A program made the translations under genes and the position numbers. Source: Vicugna vicugna (taxonomy: Eukaryota). From it: a stretch of 64,000 nucleotides of DNA. The first letter of the stretch is position 1. The number at the start of each line of letters is the position of its first letter. Of this stretch, positions 13,900 through 26,148 are shown in pieces. The stretch lies in NCBI GenBank assembly GCA_013265495.1, contig MU058463.1, positions 3,889,037 to 3,953,036 on the forward strand. The letters run 5' to 3'. The notes below the pieces were generated by a model. That model was given only the letters and a program-made list of their open reading frames with translations, made no database searches and had not been told where the DNA came from.

Positions 13900-16800
13900 T
13901 TTTTTTTTTTTTTCAGTTTTATTGAGAAATAATTGACATACATTACTGTATAAATTTAAGGTGTACAGAATGATGGTCTGATTTACATATATTATGAAAT
14001 GATTACCATAATAGGTTTAGTTAACAGTCATCATTTCATACAGAGACAATAAAAAGAAAAGGAAAATCCTCCTTGTGATAAGAATACTTAGAATCTATTC
14101 TTTTAACTTTGCTATATATCATACAGCAGTGTTAACTACATTCATCTTGTTGTACATTATATCCATAGTACTATTTAACTTACAACTGGAAGTTTGTATT
14201 TTTTTGATCATCTTCCTCCAATTCTTCCCCAATGCCCACCCCCTCTGCCTCTGGTAACTGCAAACCTGACTTCTTTTCCCATGCGTTTGCTGTTGTTGTT
14301 TTTAAAGATTCCACATATAAGTGAGATCATATAGTATTTGTCTTTCTCTTCCTGACTTAGTTAACTTAAAATAATGCCTCCAAGTTCCATCTATGTTGTC
14401 ACAAATGACAGGATTTCCTCATTTTTATGGCCGAATAATACTCCATTGTGTATATATGTACACACCATAACTTCTTTATCCATTCTTCCATCAATGGACA
14501 CAAGTTGTTTCCGTGTCTTGACTTTTGTAAATAATGCTGCTATGAACACAGGAGTGCAGATATCTTTTCAAGTTAGTGTTTTCATTTCCATTGGATATAT
14601 TCCCAAAAGTGGAACTGCTGGATCAATATGGTAGTTTTGTTTTTAATTTTTTGAGCAACATCCATACTGTTTTCCATAGTGGCTTCATCAATTTACAATC
14701 CCACCAACAGTCCACAAAGGTTTCTTTTTCTCCACATCCATGCCAGCATTTGTTATCTCTTGTCATTTTTTTTAAAAAAATCACTTTATTTTTGTTTTAA
14801 ATGGAGGTACTGGAGATTTAACCCAGGACCCCATGCATGCTAAGCATGTGCTCTACCACTGAGTTATACTCACTCCCACCTCATCTCTTGTCTTTTTGAT
14901 GATGGCCATTCTAACAAGCGTGAGGTGATATCTCACTGTGGTTTAATTTGTATTTCCCTACTGACTAGTGTTGTTGAACATCTTTTCATGTACCTTTGGC
15001 CATTCACATATTTTTTTCAGAAAAATGTCTATCTGCCCATTTTTTAATTGGTTTGGGGTTTTTTTGCTATTAAGTAAAAATGTCGATTTGCCCATTTTTA
15101 ATGGGATTGGAATTTTTCTTTTTTTGCTACTTTGTGTAAGTTGTTTACGTATATTGGATAATAGCCTCTTATTAGACACATGGTTTGCAAATATTTTTCC
15201 CATTCCATAAATTGTCTTTTCACTTAATGGATGGTTTATTTTGCTGTGCAGAAGCTTTTTAGTTTAATGTAGTCCCACTTTTAATCTTTTTATTTTGCTG
15301 CTTGTGCTTTAGGTGTGATTTCCAAAAAAAAATTACCAAGACCCCAGGAGCTTTTTTTCCTACATTTTCTTCTTGGAGTTTCAGGTTTCAGATGTTACAT
15401 TTAAGTCTTTAATCCATTTTAAATTAATTTTTGTGAGTGGTATAAGATAGGGGTCAAGTTTCATTCTTTTACATGTGAACATCCAATTTTACCAACACCA
15501 TTTATTGAAGAGAACGTTTTATCCCCCACTGAGTTTCTTGACTCCCTGTCAAATATTAGTTGACCATATATCCTTGGGTTTATTTCTGGGTTCTCAGTTC
15601 TGTTCCATTAGTCTATTTGCCAGTACCATACTGTTTTAAATATAATAGTTTTATAGTATAGCTTCAAATCAGAAAGGGTGATGTCTATTGCTTTGTTCTT
15701 CTGTCTCAGGATTTCTTTGGCTATTCAGGGTCATTTGTGGTTCAATATAAATTTTAGAAGTGTTTTTTTCTGTTTCTGTAAAAAAACACCATTGGAGTAT
15801 TGACAGGAATTGCACTGATTCTATAGATGGCTTTTGATAACACTGACATTTTAACAATATTAATTTTTTAATTTGTGAACATGAGATATCTTTCCATTTA
15901 TGTGTGTATACCTTTTAATTTCTTTCATCAATGTCTTATAGTTTCAGAGTAGAGATCTTTCACCTCCCTGGTAAATTTATTCCTAAGTATTTTATGGTTT
16001 TTGAAACTACTGTAAATGGAATTGGTATTTTTCTTTTTCAGAAAATTCATTGTTAGTGTATAGAAATGCTAACTTTTATATGTTAATGTTGTATCCAACT
16101 TTACTGAATTCATCAACAAGTCCTAACTGTTTTTTCGGTTGAGTTGCAGGGATTTTCTATGTATAAGATTATGACCTCTGCAAATAGAAATAATTTTACC
16201 TTTTTTCCAATTCTGAATGTCTTTCTCTTGCCTTATTGCTCTAGCTAGAACTTTCAGTACTATGTTGGATAGGAGTGGTAAGAGTGGGCACCCTTTTCTT
16301 GTTCCTGATCTCAGAGGAAAAGCTTTCAAACTTTCATCATCAGGTATGATGATGTTAGATGTGGGCTTGTTGTTTATGGCCTTTATTATGTTGAGATATG
16401 TTCCTTCTATGCCTAAATTGTTAGGTGTTTTTTAATCTTGAACAAATGTTGAATTTTGTCAAATGTTTTTTCTGGGTCTGTTGAGAAAATTATTTAACTC
16501 TTTTTTCTTCTATTAATGTGATGTATCACATTGATTGATTTGCATGTCTTGAACCATCCTTGCATCCCAAAGATAAATTCAACTTGATCATGGTGAATGA
16601 TCCTTTTAACATGCTGTTTAATTTGGTAGTATTTTGTTGAGAATATTTGTATCTATATTCATTGGGGATGTTGGCCTGTAGCTTTCTTTTCTAGTAGTAT
16701 CATTCTCTGGCTTTGGTGTCAGGATAATGTTGGCCATGGAAAATGAATGTGGGAGTATTCTCTCTTCGATTTTTTGGAAGAGTTTAAGAAATATTAGTGT

Positions 16801-17505
16801 TAATTCTTCTTTAAATGTTTGGTTAAATTTACCAGTGAAGCCTTCTGGTCCTGAGCATTCCTTCCTTGAGAGATTTTTTGAATACTGATTCAATCTCCAT
16901 CCTAGTAACTGGTCTATTCAGATCTATATTTCTTCCTCATTCAATCTTGGTAGAGTACACTTTTTGAGGAATTTTTCCATTTCTTCAAGGCTGCCCAGTT
17001 TGTTGGGGTATAGATGTTTATACTATCTCTAATTATTCTTTGTATTTCTGTGCTATCATTTGCAAGTTCTCCTTTTTCATTTATACTTTTGTTGATTTGG
17101 GTCCTTTCTCTTTTCACCTGGTTAATTTAACTAATTAATGAGTTAATTTTTATCAATATTGTTTATCTTTTCAAAGAACCAACTCTTAGTTTAATCTTTG
17201 TTTAATCTTTTCTATTGTTTTTCTGTTCTTTATTTATTTCTTTTCTAACCTTTATTGTTTCTTCCTTCTGCTAACTTTGGGCTTAGTCTGTTCTTTTTCT
17301 AGTTCCGTAAGTTCTTTTTCTGATTCCATAAGTAGAGTTAAGTTGTTTATTTGGGATCTTTCTTGCTTTTTAATGTAGGTGTTTATTGCTATAAATTTCC
17401 CTCTTAGAACTCCCATAAATTCTAGTATGCTGTGTTTCCATTTTTGTTTGTTTCAAGAAACTTTTAAATTTCCCCTTTAATTTCTTCTTTGATCCATTGG
17501 TTTCT
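13900..17505 (-). mobile_element. 5'-truncated decayed LINE-1 (L1MA9-like)
   Basis: Poly-T tail at 13900. Minus-strand ORF2 fragments [38 protein letters not shown] and KIFANHVSNKRL. Confidence 0.95.
14765..14882 (-). mobile_element. tRNA-Ala-derived SINE (camelid Vic-1-like) nested in the L1
   Basis: Minus strand reads gagtataactcagtggtagagcacatgcttagcatgcatggggtcctgggttaaatctccagtacctcca plus an A-rich tail, a decayed tRNA-Ala(AGC) body. TSD atctcttgtc at 14755-14764 and 14883-14892. Confidence 0.88.
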
Positions 17506-17509
17506 CAGA

Positions 17510-17960
17510 ACTCCAGTTCTTTACCTTCCTTGTGTCCTTGCCCTTTAACATAAATTTGCAGATTCTTTCACTAAAGATGTATAGTCTATTTCTTTATTCC
17601 TTGAATCTGGACTTGCCTTGGGATTTGTCTCAAGATGATTTTATTTTCTTTAATCAGTGTTATTTCTGGGATTTTCTTTGGCCAATGGGTTATTAGCAAA
17701 CACGGCACAAGGAGGAACTTAAAATTATTGGTACAATTGGGCTTTCCATGCTCTTACCCGTGGCCACATCTGTGTTGATCAACTGATCCCAGGATCAGAA
17801 ATGTCAAAGCCATTGTAGCTGAAGCCATCCTAGGTCATTCAAGAATGATCAACCCCCCAAAAATGAGTGAACTCAGCCCAAAATCATCTGAATCTCTTAG
17901 ACTTTTGAGTAAAATAAGTATTTGTTGCTGTGGTCAATGAAATTTCTTTCTTTTTCATCA
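17510..17960 (+). mobile_element. MaLR LTR (MLT1H-like), degenerate
   Basis: ccttgaatctggacttgccttg...ttggccaatgg...aataagtatttgttgc. Confidence 0.55.
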
Positions 17961-18265
17961 GGTAAACTGATTTTTATTTCTCTGAGTCATTCTAACCAGG
18001 AGCGAGCTATTGCTCCTGAACATAATTTGGCCTATTATCACACACAGAAATGATGTTTATATATTCTATTTTGAAATTTCATTGTTGTTTGTTGTGTGAC
18101 ATTATTGTGGCAATAAGTAATTTGGATACTCCATCCAATGGTGGTTATGCCAAAGCTAGCCTATTAAATTTCTTCCTTGTGTATTGCCATCTTTCTCTGA
18201 TTCCCCTTTCCTATGCTCAAATAAGCATACAGGAAAAGCAAAACACATCTACTGCCTAGGCAGAC

Positions 18266-18782
18266 TGTCAGGAACTGTGAAGCATCTGAGACTTTACCAT
18301 ACTCACAAGCTAACAACTTAGTCTGCCAGTTTCAAGGATGCTAGTAGAAAATACAAGACTCCTGCATCAGAGAAGAGCAGTTTACTACTCACAGCAAGAG
18401 TGTATCCACAGTATCAATAAGTTTGTGCTGTTTCCCTAAGCCCCAATTTGCACAGGAAGTCATGAAGAAGGTCAGAAAAAAATCTGCTAGTGAAATGGGT
18501 TGTATTTCAGGAGAGGAACTTCAAGCTAAGGGAACCGAACTATTTTAAGACAGGTGCTTGGTGAGCCTGATCTTTGCGCCAGAAGGAGACACATACATTA
18601 TATTAGCAGAAAGCATTTTTGCCCTTTGCTCTTGAGGGAAACATTATCCCAACTTCTAAGGCTGTTTGCTATACAAATGCCCTTGAAAAGACAGACCAGA
18701 ACAAAGAACAGCCCATGCTTCACTTGTAAGACAAGCAGATATGTGAGAGACTCATGAAAACTGGGAAGAATTTCTTCCAACA
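18266..18782 (-). mobile_element. Solo LTR (LTR40-like, ERVL class)
   Basis: TG...CA termini with a 5-bp TSD cagac/gagac. The minus strand ctttgttctggtctgtcttttcaagggcatttgtatagcaaacagcctt matches recalled LTR40. Confidence 0.75.
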
Positions 18783-19477
18783 GAGACAAGTGTTTGCCAG
18801 GAAACAGAATGACATTCTCTTCTTCTAGCCAGTTATTCCCAATTTTTAGATGAGATTCTCTTAGTTCCTCTCCTTCCCACCACTTCTACGAGGCTGACAA
18901 TTTCCAACTGTCTTTCATTATCTTGACTCTCAGACTTACGTAGACTGAGAAAGAATGGTAAGCATCAGTTATTTCAGAGCTAGTTCTGTGGCCTCTAAGC
19001 AATCTTGAGCCCAATTCTTAGGCAATAAGAAAGTCCCCATTCTGTTACAAATGGACCATATTGCTCAGTCAGTATGTTGACGCTGAGTTGAACTGTATGC
19101 TCAATCAGCATATCCTCAGACACAGTGCAAGCTGGCAGCAGAAATTTGATAAAAGTTCACAGCCACACAAATTCCTATGATGAGCATAGATGCATACTAC
19201 TGGAATTTGGCAGTAGATGCCATATGAACAAGTCTTGCAACAATCTTAGAAAGATAAGTCCTTTTGAGAATGTACCAGATTCCAAATAATATTATACAAC
19301 CTATGAGGCAAAGAAGACTCAGAAGTGGATTCAGCAAATGACATCTCAAAGTTAACAGGCAAATCATGGATATTTGCAACACTGCAACCAATTAATCCTT
19401 TATTGCAACCAATAAAAGATTAATATTTAAAATAGATAATGGATTCCTTGGTGTCAGTGAGAAAACACTGGGCAATT

Positions 19478-19830
19478 GTGGTGGTCATAGAGATGCATTA
19501 CTCAGCTCTCCCATCAAAAGAAACTGTGGGAAGAAGGGTAGTTGGCAGATAGCTGCAACATCTTTGGATTCACAGCAATGTTCGTACTAAGGCCAGGCTC
19601 TACAGCTCGGCTCCCAGCCAATGACTGAACACAGCAGGGGCACTAGAGTATGATGATTCCCACCCACCACAGGACTCCTCTGACAGGCATCCTTTGCTCT
19701 AGGACTTCCCATTGGCCTGGCTGACTCTCTCACAGGGCTGCACTGCAACAGAGACTCCTATCCAGTTATCTTTTCTGCCTTGTCTCTTTTCACAGGTGTC
19801 AGAAGCTTTCACTACCTATTCCTAACCATT
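19478..19830 (+). mobile_element. LTR16-like ERVL LTR
   Basis: TGTGG start; cccagccaatgactgaacacagcagggg...caggactcctc motifs. Confidence 0.7.
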
Positions 19831-20559
19831 TTTACCCTTTTTTAAAATACAAACAATCATATATTTTTAACTTCAAAATTTGAAGGTAACCACAATTGTA
19901 TGTTTCTCTCACAACAATAAAATCAGAAGCAGGAAAATGTAAAGGTGGCAACTTTATATTTCAACATTAACAAACCTTAAGTCAACTATTAAAACAGATG
20001 CTAGTCTTAAAAGATAATGTAACAAATGATCTCACAAATCAGTAGCAGATACATTAATGCCTTTCTCACCCCAGCCTGGCAAATACTCCACTACCGCACA
20101 GACAGCCAAAGTAGTAGCAACACAAATTTTCACTGCACAAAGGAAAACCAGAAAAGAATTCTCCATTCCCCCATTTTACTTCACTAGCAGGTCACTCTTT
20201 TTCTATAAAGTTTGTCATGCAATTAAAATTAACAATAAATGTCTCTGTGTATGTCCATCTTGGTGCCTATTTCCTAGAAGACCATGACAAAGAACCCAAT
20301 GAAAAGTAGAAAGAGATTTAAACAGGCAATTCATTACAAAGGAAGCTCAAAGTAGTTATATACAAAGATACACACATACATACATATGAGTAAAAGTATG
20401 GAAGGCAAATTGAAAAAAATCTACCTCAAATATATAAAACAAGACCTACTGGAGGAAAGAAAATGGAATTAGAATTCAGAAAAGAAGGATGCCCCTCTAA
20501 AAAGCAGGATTATTTATGGACCATAGAAAGAACCATAAAGATCAGTGGTTTCAGTAGTC

Positions 20560-20730
20560 ACAATGGTTAACATTTACTGAGCATACACTATGGGCTGAGC
20601 ACTGTTGTATGAGTTTCGATGAATCAACTCACAACAATCCTGTGAGGCAGGTACTACTTACTGTTTCCAATTTAGAGATGAGGACATTGAGGGACAGAGA
20701 GATTAAGTAATATGCCCAGGTTGTTTAAGA
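20560..20730 (-). mobile_element. MIR SINE
   Basis: aacatttactgagc...ctcacaacaatcctgtgaggcaggtact...gatgaggacattgagg...ttaagtaatatgccca. Confidence 0.8.
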
Positions 20731-22893
20731 AGAACTCACTCAAGTTCAGTTAAAAATGTGGTATGCATACATAGTTTGCAGGCTCTATTCTATATGCTGC
20801 TTTAAAAATATGGTGGTAAGTGATAGTAGAATGAAATATAGCACTCAGCCACATTTTAACTGTGATTGTGGGCCCATTTTTTAACCTTTCTGGACTTGGT
20901 TTACTCATCTAGAAGATAGCAATGGTATTTTATTATTTAAATTATATTTTGGAAATTACATCTAATATAAATATAAGATATTAATATTCACTCGTGTGCT
21001 ACAAAAATGGGATTTTAAAAAATATAATAGCTCTGAAGTACAATTCAGAAAATCCTAAATTTGGAAGCATGCAATAAATAAAGCCAAATATCAAAATTTA
21101 CTTTAGCCAATTATTTTCATTCTTCCTAAGTTATGCATGTGTGTGTACCTGAAGATTTGTATGTAAATAAGCACTTCACTGGAGCTGGTAATAAAGAGTT
21201 TAAATGTCACAGCCTTCCAGGTTCACTCTCTTGGGAAGGGAACAGTAACAATGAATCAGCTTATTGTGGTTCTTTTCGACAAATAATTTAGCATAGTCAT
21301 AAAGCATGGGATGCCATGGTGATGATTTGTGTGTGGAATGGAATGGCAAGGACAAGAATGGAATGTTCTCACTGATTCTGCAAAATTCTGCTAAACCTCT
21401 AGTTATTTTTATGCCCCATCCTCTCACATTTTCTCTTTCCAATCCAATTATTTCACTTTATGAACTAGGACTATTTTCTTTATGAATGTTAGCCATATTA
21501 AATTAGTCAAATAAACAGTACAATGGCCCCAGAAGTATTTTGGCGTTTTAAATTTACTAAGAGGGCTATGCTATGGTATCAAAGGATAATAAATGCATTT
21601 CATGTAAGACAAACCATTACTGCAATATTCTACAACTGTTTTGTTCTATCACTGATTACATAAAGTATGGAATCATAGCAGTGGGATTTACATAGTTTGC
21701 AACAGTTTATTCAATAGCTATCAGATTTGTAACATTATGGAAAAGTAGTAACTCTAATAAGTGAAAAATCCATAAAATAACTCTATTATTTTGAATACTG
21801 GAATTGTACTACTACTACTGACTAATGTTTTGTTATTTGTAAATGTGTCCCATGTTACACCACTGTAAAATCGGACGGGAGAAAGAACAACTTACTATTC
21901 TGTCCAAGAAAAATGCATCCCTCAATTCCATTTTACAATTTTATGTCAGAGTAAGGAAAGAAATTTAGGGGTGGTGCTTAGTTCTGTGATGTGGGAAAAT
22001 GGATTTGTGGGGCAAGATACTGTGCGTTCAATACACACACACGCTTTGAGGCAACACTTTGCTTGTCAACAGAATTAACTTTCTCTTGCATTCTGTAAAC
22101 ATTCTTTTGACAGGCCAATATTCCCTCTTAGAACCTTTTATTGCTTTGAAATAAGGATAAATTAAAGAATGTAAGAGATGATATTAACTCAAATTGAATA
22201 TGCACCTGTGTTATGAACAATATTGGTGGGTTGACTTCTAAAATTTACCATTATGTGGTATTCTTTTTATACTCTCCTTGGTGCAAAGACTAAGTGACTT
22301 TTTAACCTACTGAAGAAAGACTTTATGATTTGTGTGGGAAGGAAACAGAGTGACAGAAAAGATGAGTACATCAAAAAATATTTGTAATGCCTTTCAATAC
22401 TCTATGTTGCCAGTGTTTTAAAAATTAACTGTTAAATCAGTCACTGTTTGCACTGAGGAGTCAAACTCATTTTTCTCTTCCCATGTTAGAACTGAGGCTG
22501 ACCTAGTTCCCCAAATTAAAACTGAAGTATACACAGTGGTTGGCCTATCATGGGGATTTTCTCTCTGTGGTCTAACATTCATGGCGTTCCCACACCAGCC
22601 TTCAGTTTTACAAAGCATGTAGATAGAGCTTGATGCAAAGCTGGATTTCTCCTGTCTCTCCTTCAGACAGTTTAAGAAGGAAAATAGAAGTGTTTACCTG
22701 TGCCTATTGTAGCAGCAGTGGTTAAGTAATTACGTCTCCTACATCTTTTCCATGGTGTACTTCTCAGGGGCCACTCATTCTTTACACCAGTGGTAACTAA
22801 CAGAGAGTCATTCTCCTGTTTACTGAGCAGAAGCTGAGTGATGATTTATAGGACTGTTTTAATTTGAGACTTTGCTTCTCTACTACTTTGCCA

Positions 22894-23122
22894 GACCAGA
22901 AGGACAACATCTGTCTGCTAGACCAGGAAAGTAGCATCTGCCAGATGAATCTGCCAACCAGTCCATGAGAGTAGCACCTGTCTGCCAGACCAGGAGGTAT
23001 TACCTGTCTTACTAGCCCAGGAGAGTGGTATGTGTCTATCAGAACCAAAGGTTTTGTATATCTAGCAGCCAGGATGGTAGTCTCTGTCTACTACACCAGG
23101 AAAGTAGCATTTTTCAGAGACC
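22894..23122. repeat. Degenerate ~27-bp tandem array (about 8 units, consensus GACCAGGAGAGTAGCATCTGTCTGCCA)
   Basis: Units start at 22894, 22921, 22961, 22988, 23015, 23042, 23068 and 23094, with lengths 27, 40, 27, 27, 27, 26, 26 and 25. Confidence 0.85.
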
Positions 23123-23959
23123 ACTGCAAAAAATATAAGTGAATTTATTTGGTTTTTTTATTTGTCTACTTGCTTAAAAAATCACATTATGGGAAATTCT
23201 GAGTATTTAATAATCAAAGATCCATTTATGTATTTTGATATGAAAGTATAAATATTAGAAAACAAATCTTTGAGTGCAGATTAATGAATTATACATGTAT
23301 ACGCAGTAAGAGGTCACAGGAGCAGGTCATCTGTGCTTACAGCTCTACAGAATTTAGTCTGAGATGGTGAATATATTCTAAGTACAGTATTTTAAGGAAG
23401 GCTATGGGGAAAATACATTTGTACATAGGCTGGCTTCACTAAAAGGGCTAATGATCTTTTTTCTTGAGAACACTATAATATGAAGTGAAGCACTTTGCAA
23501 TGTCAGAAATCTAACATAGATATGTAAAATTTCAGCTTTATTCCAAAAATATGAATATGTAGTAGATAAATCAAAATACTATTCATAGTAAGGTGACACC
23601 AATAAAATATGTGTTAATAATAATATAACACACATCTAGATATTCTTACTAATCTGGTTTAAACTAAAAAATAACAAAACTGTTTTTGTAGGAGAAAGAT
23701 CAGTTTTAAAGATACATATTACATATTCTACAAAAATTATACATTTTAATAATTGGAAAAACTACAGAACTAGCTATTTACTTAGTCATTCATTTATTTA
23801 CATTCCCCATGTTATTGCTTAGCCCTTTGAGGTGCTCTGTGTCCAGAGTACATATTTTGAGTTAACAAAATATAAATCAAATTAGAAAATTAAGATCAAG
23901 GAGATGACAAATATGGAAATCAAAAGGAAATGCCAGAGTATCAGTTCAGTTTACACACA

Positions 23960-25340
23960 CCAGTAATTTTTCAACTCAATTACCACACTTCCTCCTTATA
24001 GCAAATATTGGGTAACAACTGCTTTACTATTCTGATATTAAATTAATTAATATAACTTATCTTCATATGTACTAAAAAATAATACAATGCTCTTATATAA
24101 AGGAAAACTAAAATAAAAGTTTTATTTATCTATCCTCTCTTTCAATATTTGGTGTTATATATATTTAACCAGTAAAACATACATACAAATATATTTAAAT
24201 ATGTTATTTCTAAATATTTTATAATTATTTAATATATTTTAATATATAAATATGCTTAAACTCAACTAAAATGAAATGCATATATATGTTTAAAAATATA
24301 TGTGGTTTACATATACACTACATTTTTATAAATACTGTGGTAAGATTTCACAAGAAGATATAAAGCCATCAGATACATGAATCTAAACATTGACTTGCCA
24401 TGAATGTGACAACTACAAAGCCAGATGGATGCAGGTGTGTTATATTGGTGACTCAAATGCAATGCACGAAATTTCAAACAAAAGAAAAGTCAAATTTTCC
24501 TTGGTTTATACTTTTACTATATTTCTGGAAAATTCATAAAACTGGACAAAAATCACCTAGTGTCTGAGGTAGCTACTTTCTGAAGATGGCTCTCAATGTT
24601 CTTCTCCTCCCTCTATAGGCAAGCTGCTTCTCACAAGAGGTGGAGTTTATCTGTCCTTACTTTAAGTCTGGACTGGCCTTGACCAATAGAAAGCAGCCCA
24701 AGTGCTGTTCTGGGACTTCTAAGACCAAGCTTGAAGAGCACTGACAACTTCCACTTGCCACTTTTTGGAACCCAGCTACTATGTTATGAGAGTCTGAGTC
24801 ACATGAAGAGCCGCCAGGGAGGAGGTCTGCGGTGCTCCAATTGACAGCTCCAGACCAACCCCCACTCAAGTACCAGCAGTGTGAGTGAGCCATCTTGGAT
24901 GTCCAAGCCTAGCTGAAACCAGCTGACAGCAGCAAAAGTCAACATCATGGGCCAGAACTGCCCAGCTGAGCCACTCATCCCACAGGATCTTAGGAGATAA
25001 TAGAATTCTGTTGTTTTAAGCCTCTAAGTTTTGGGTTGTTTATTACATAGCAGTAGATAACTAAATCAGCATTTATATGTAAAACTAAATTAGGTTCTAG
25101 GCTCAGGCTGATATAAATAGGTTTTTCATCTATTTGAAAATCTAGGGACATTTGAAAGTCTTGCAGGACAGAAAATAGTTCTTTATTGTGAGGGACTGTC
25201 CTATATAATGCAGGATGTTTATTATTTCTAGTCTCTGCCCTAAATGTCAGTAGTGTTTCCTAGATATTTTGACAACCAAAAACACATCTACGAATTTCCA
25301 AATGCTCTCTGGCTACTGACCTTGCTAAGAACTGCTAACT
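23960..25340. mobile_element. hAT-Charlie-type DNA transposon fossil interrupted by an MLT1 LTR
   Basis: CAGT...TTTTCAAC start; MER20/Charlie4-like end gggactgtcc...gcaggatgttta...tgacaaccaaaaa...ccaaatg...aagaactgct. Confidence 0.5.
24565..25068 (+). mobile_element. MaLR solo LTR (MLT1G/H-like)
   Basis: aagatggctc...gaggtggagttta...gttgttttaagcctctaagttttggg...acatagcagtagataactaaatca. Confidence 0.8.
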
Positions 25341-25364
25341 AAAATAATTATTTGTATAATGACT

Positions 25365-25760
25365 ACATAAGAGGTACTGGAAAAGCTAGAAATGAAATAC
25401 AACCCATGTCTTTAAGAGATTTACAGTTTAATTGACAAGATAATGAATGAAACGATAACACAGAATGATAAACATTATGATGGAGATGTTTTCTTCGCAT
25501 TGTGGTAGCATAAAGACCCAATAGCTAAATCTGCCTGTGAAGGGTCAGGATAAGTTTGCTGGAGGAGTTAATTACTGAGCTGAACTTTGAAGTTAAGCCA
25601 GGTAGAGAAGAGGGAGAATAGAAATTCAGGCATGGGAAACAGCTTGTGCAAAGGCACAGAGTGGGGGCATTAGCAGCCATAAAGGTAATAAGGTGGGCTG
25701 GTGCCAGCTGTTGGTGTATCTTTCATGCTCTGCTAAAGAGTTCATTTAAATCTGAAGGCA
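25365..25760 (-). mobile_element. L2 fragment
   Basis: tgagctgaactttgaag...ttaagccagg...gggaaacagcttgtgcaaaggcacagag. Confidence 0.6.
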
Positions 25761-26148
25761 ATTTTATAGTAGCAGCCAGAGATAATGTCATATGTTCACT
25801 ACACCACTATCCCAGCCTCCCTTGCAGTTAACGCGTGGCCTGGTGACTTGTTCTCAGCAATGGATGTGGGTAGAAGGGAAGTAAGCCACTTCCAGAACTG
25901 GCCCTTGATAGCATCCCTTGCAATCTCCCAATTTGCTCTTTTCCTGCCTTGTTTTAGAGGTCATGTGGTCCAGATGGCAAAGTTCCAAGATGAAAGTGCG
26001 CTGTCTGACTTGTGTCAGATGTGCAAGAAGTAAGCTTTTATTGTCTTAAGCCACCAAGGTTTGGGGATTATCAACCAGAATCCTGTCAGGAAACAAATCA
26101 CCCCAGATGGTTTAAATGAAGAAATTTTAATGAAGGAAATCCTTTCAG

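Noticed and set aside
14803..14875. Functional tRNA-Ala gene
   Set aside because: The T-loop/B-box is mutated (GGTTAAATC) and it has an A-tail and TSDs, so it is a SINE copy.
1..17505. Large inverted repeat between the + L1 (1-4335) and the - L1 (13900-17505)
   Set aside because: Independent insertions with different 3'UTRs and substantial divergence; not a single structure.
22894..23122. CRISPR-like array
   Set aside because: The units are contiguous and degenerate with no unique spacers, in a eukaryotic context with no cas genes.
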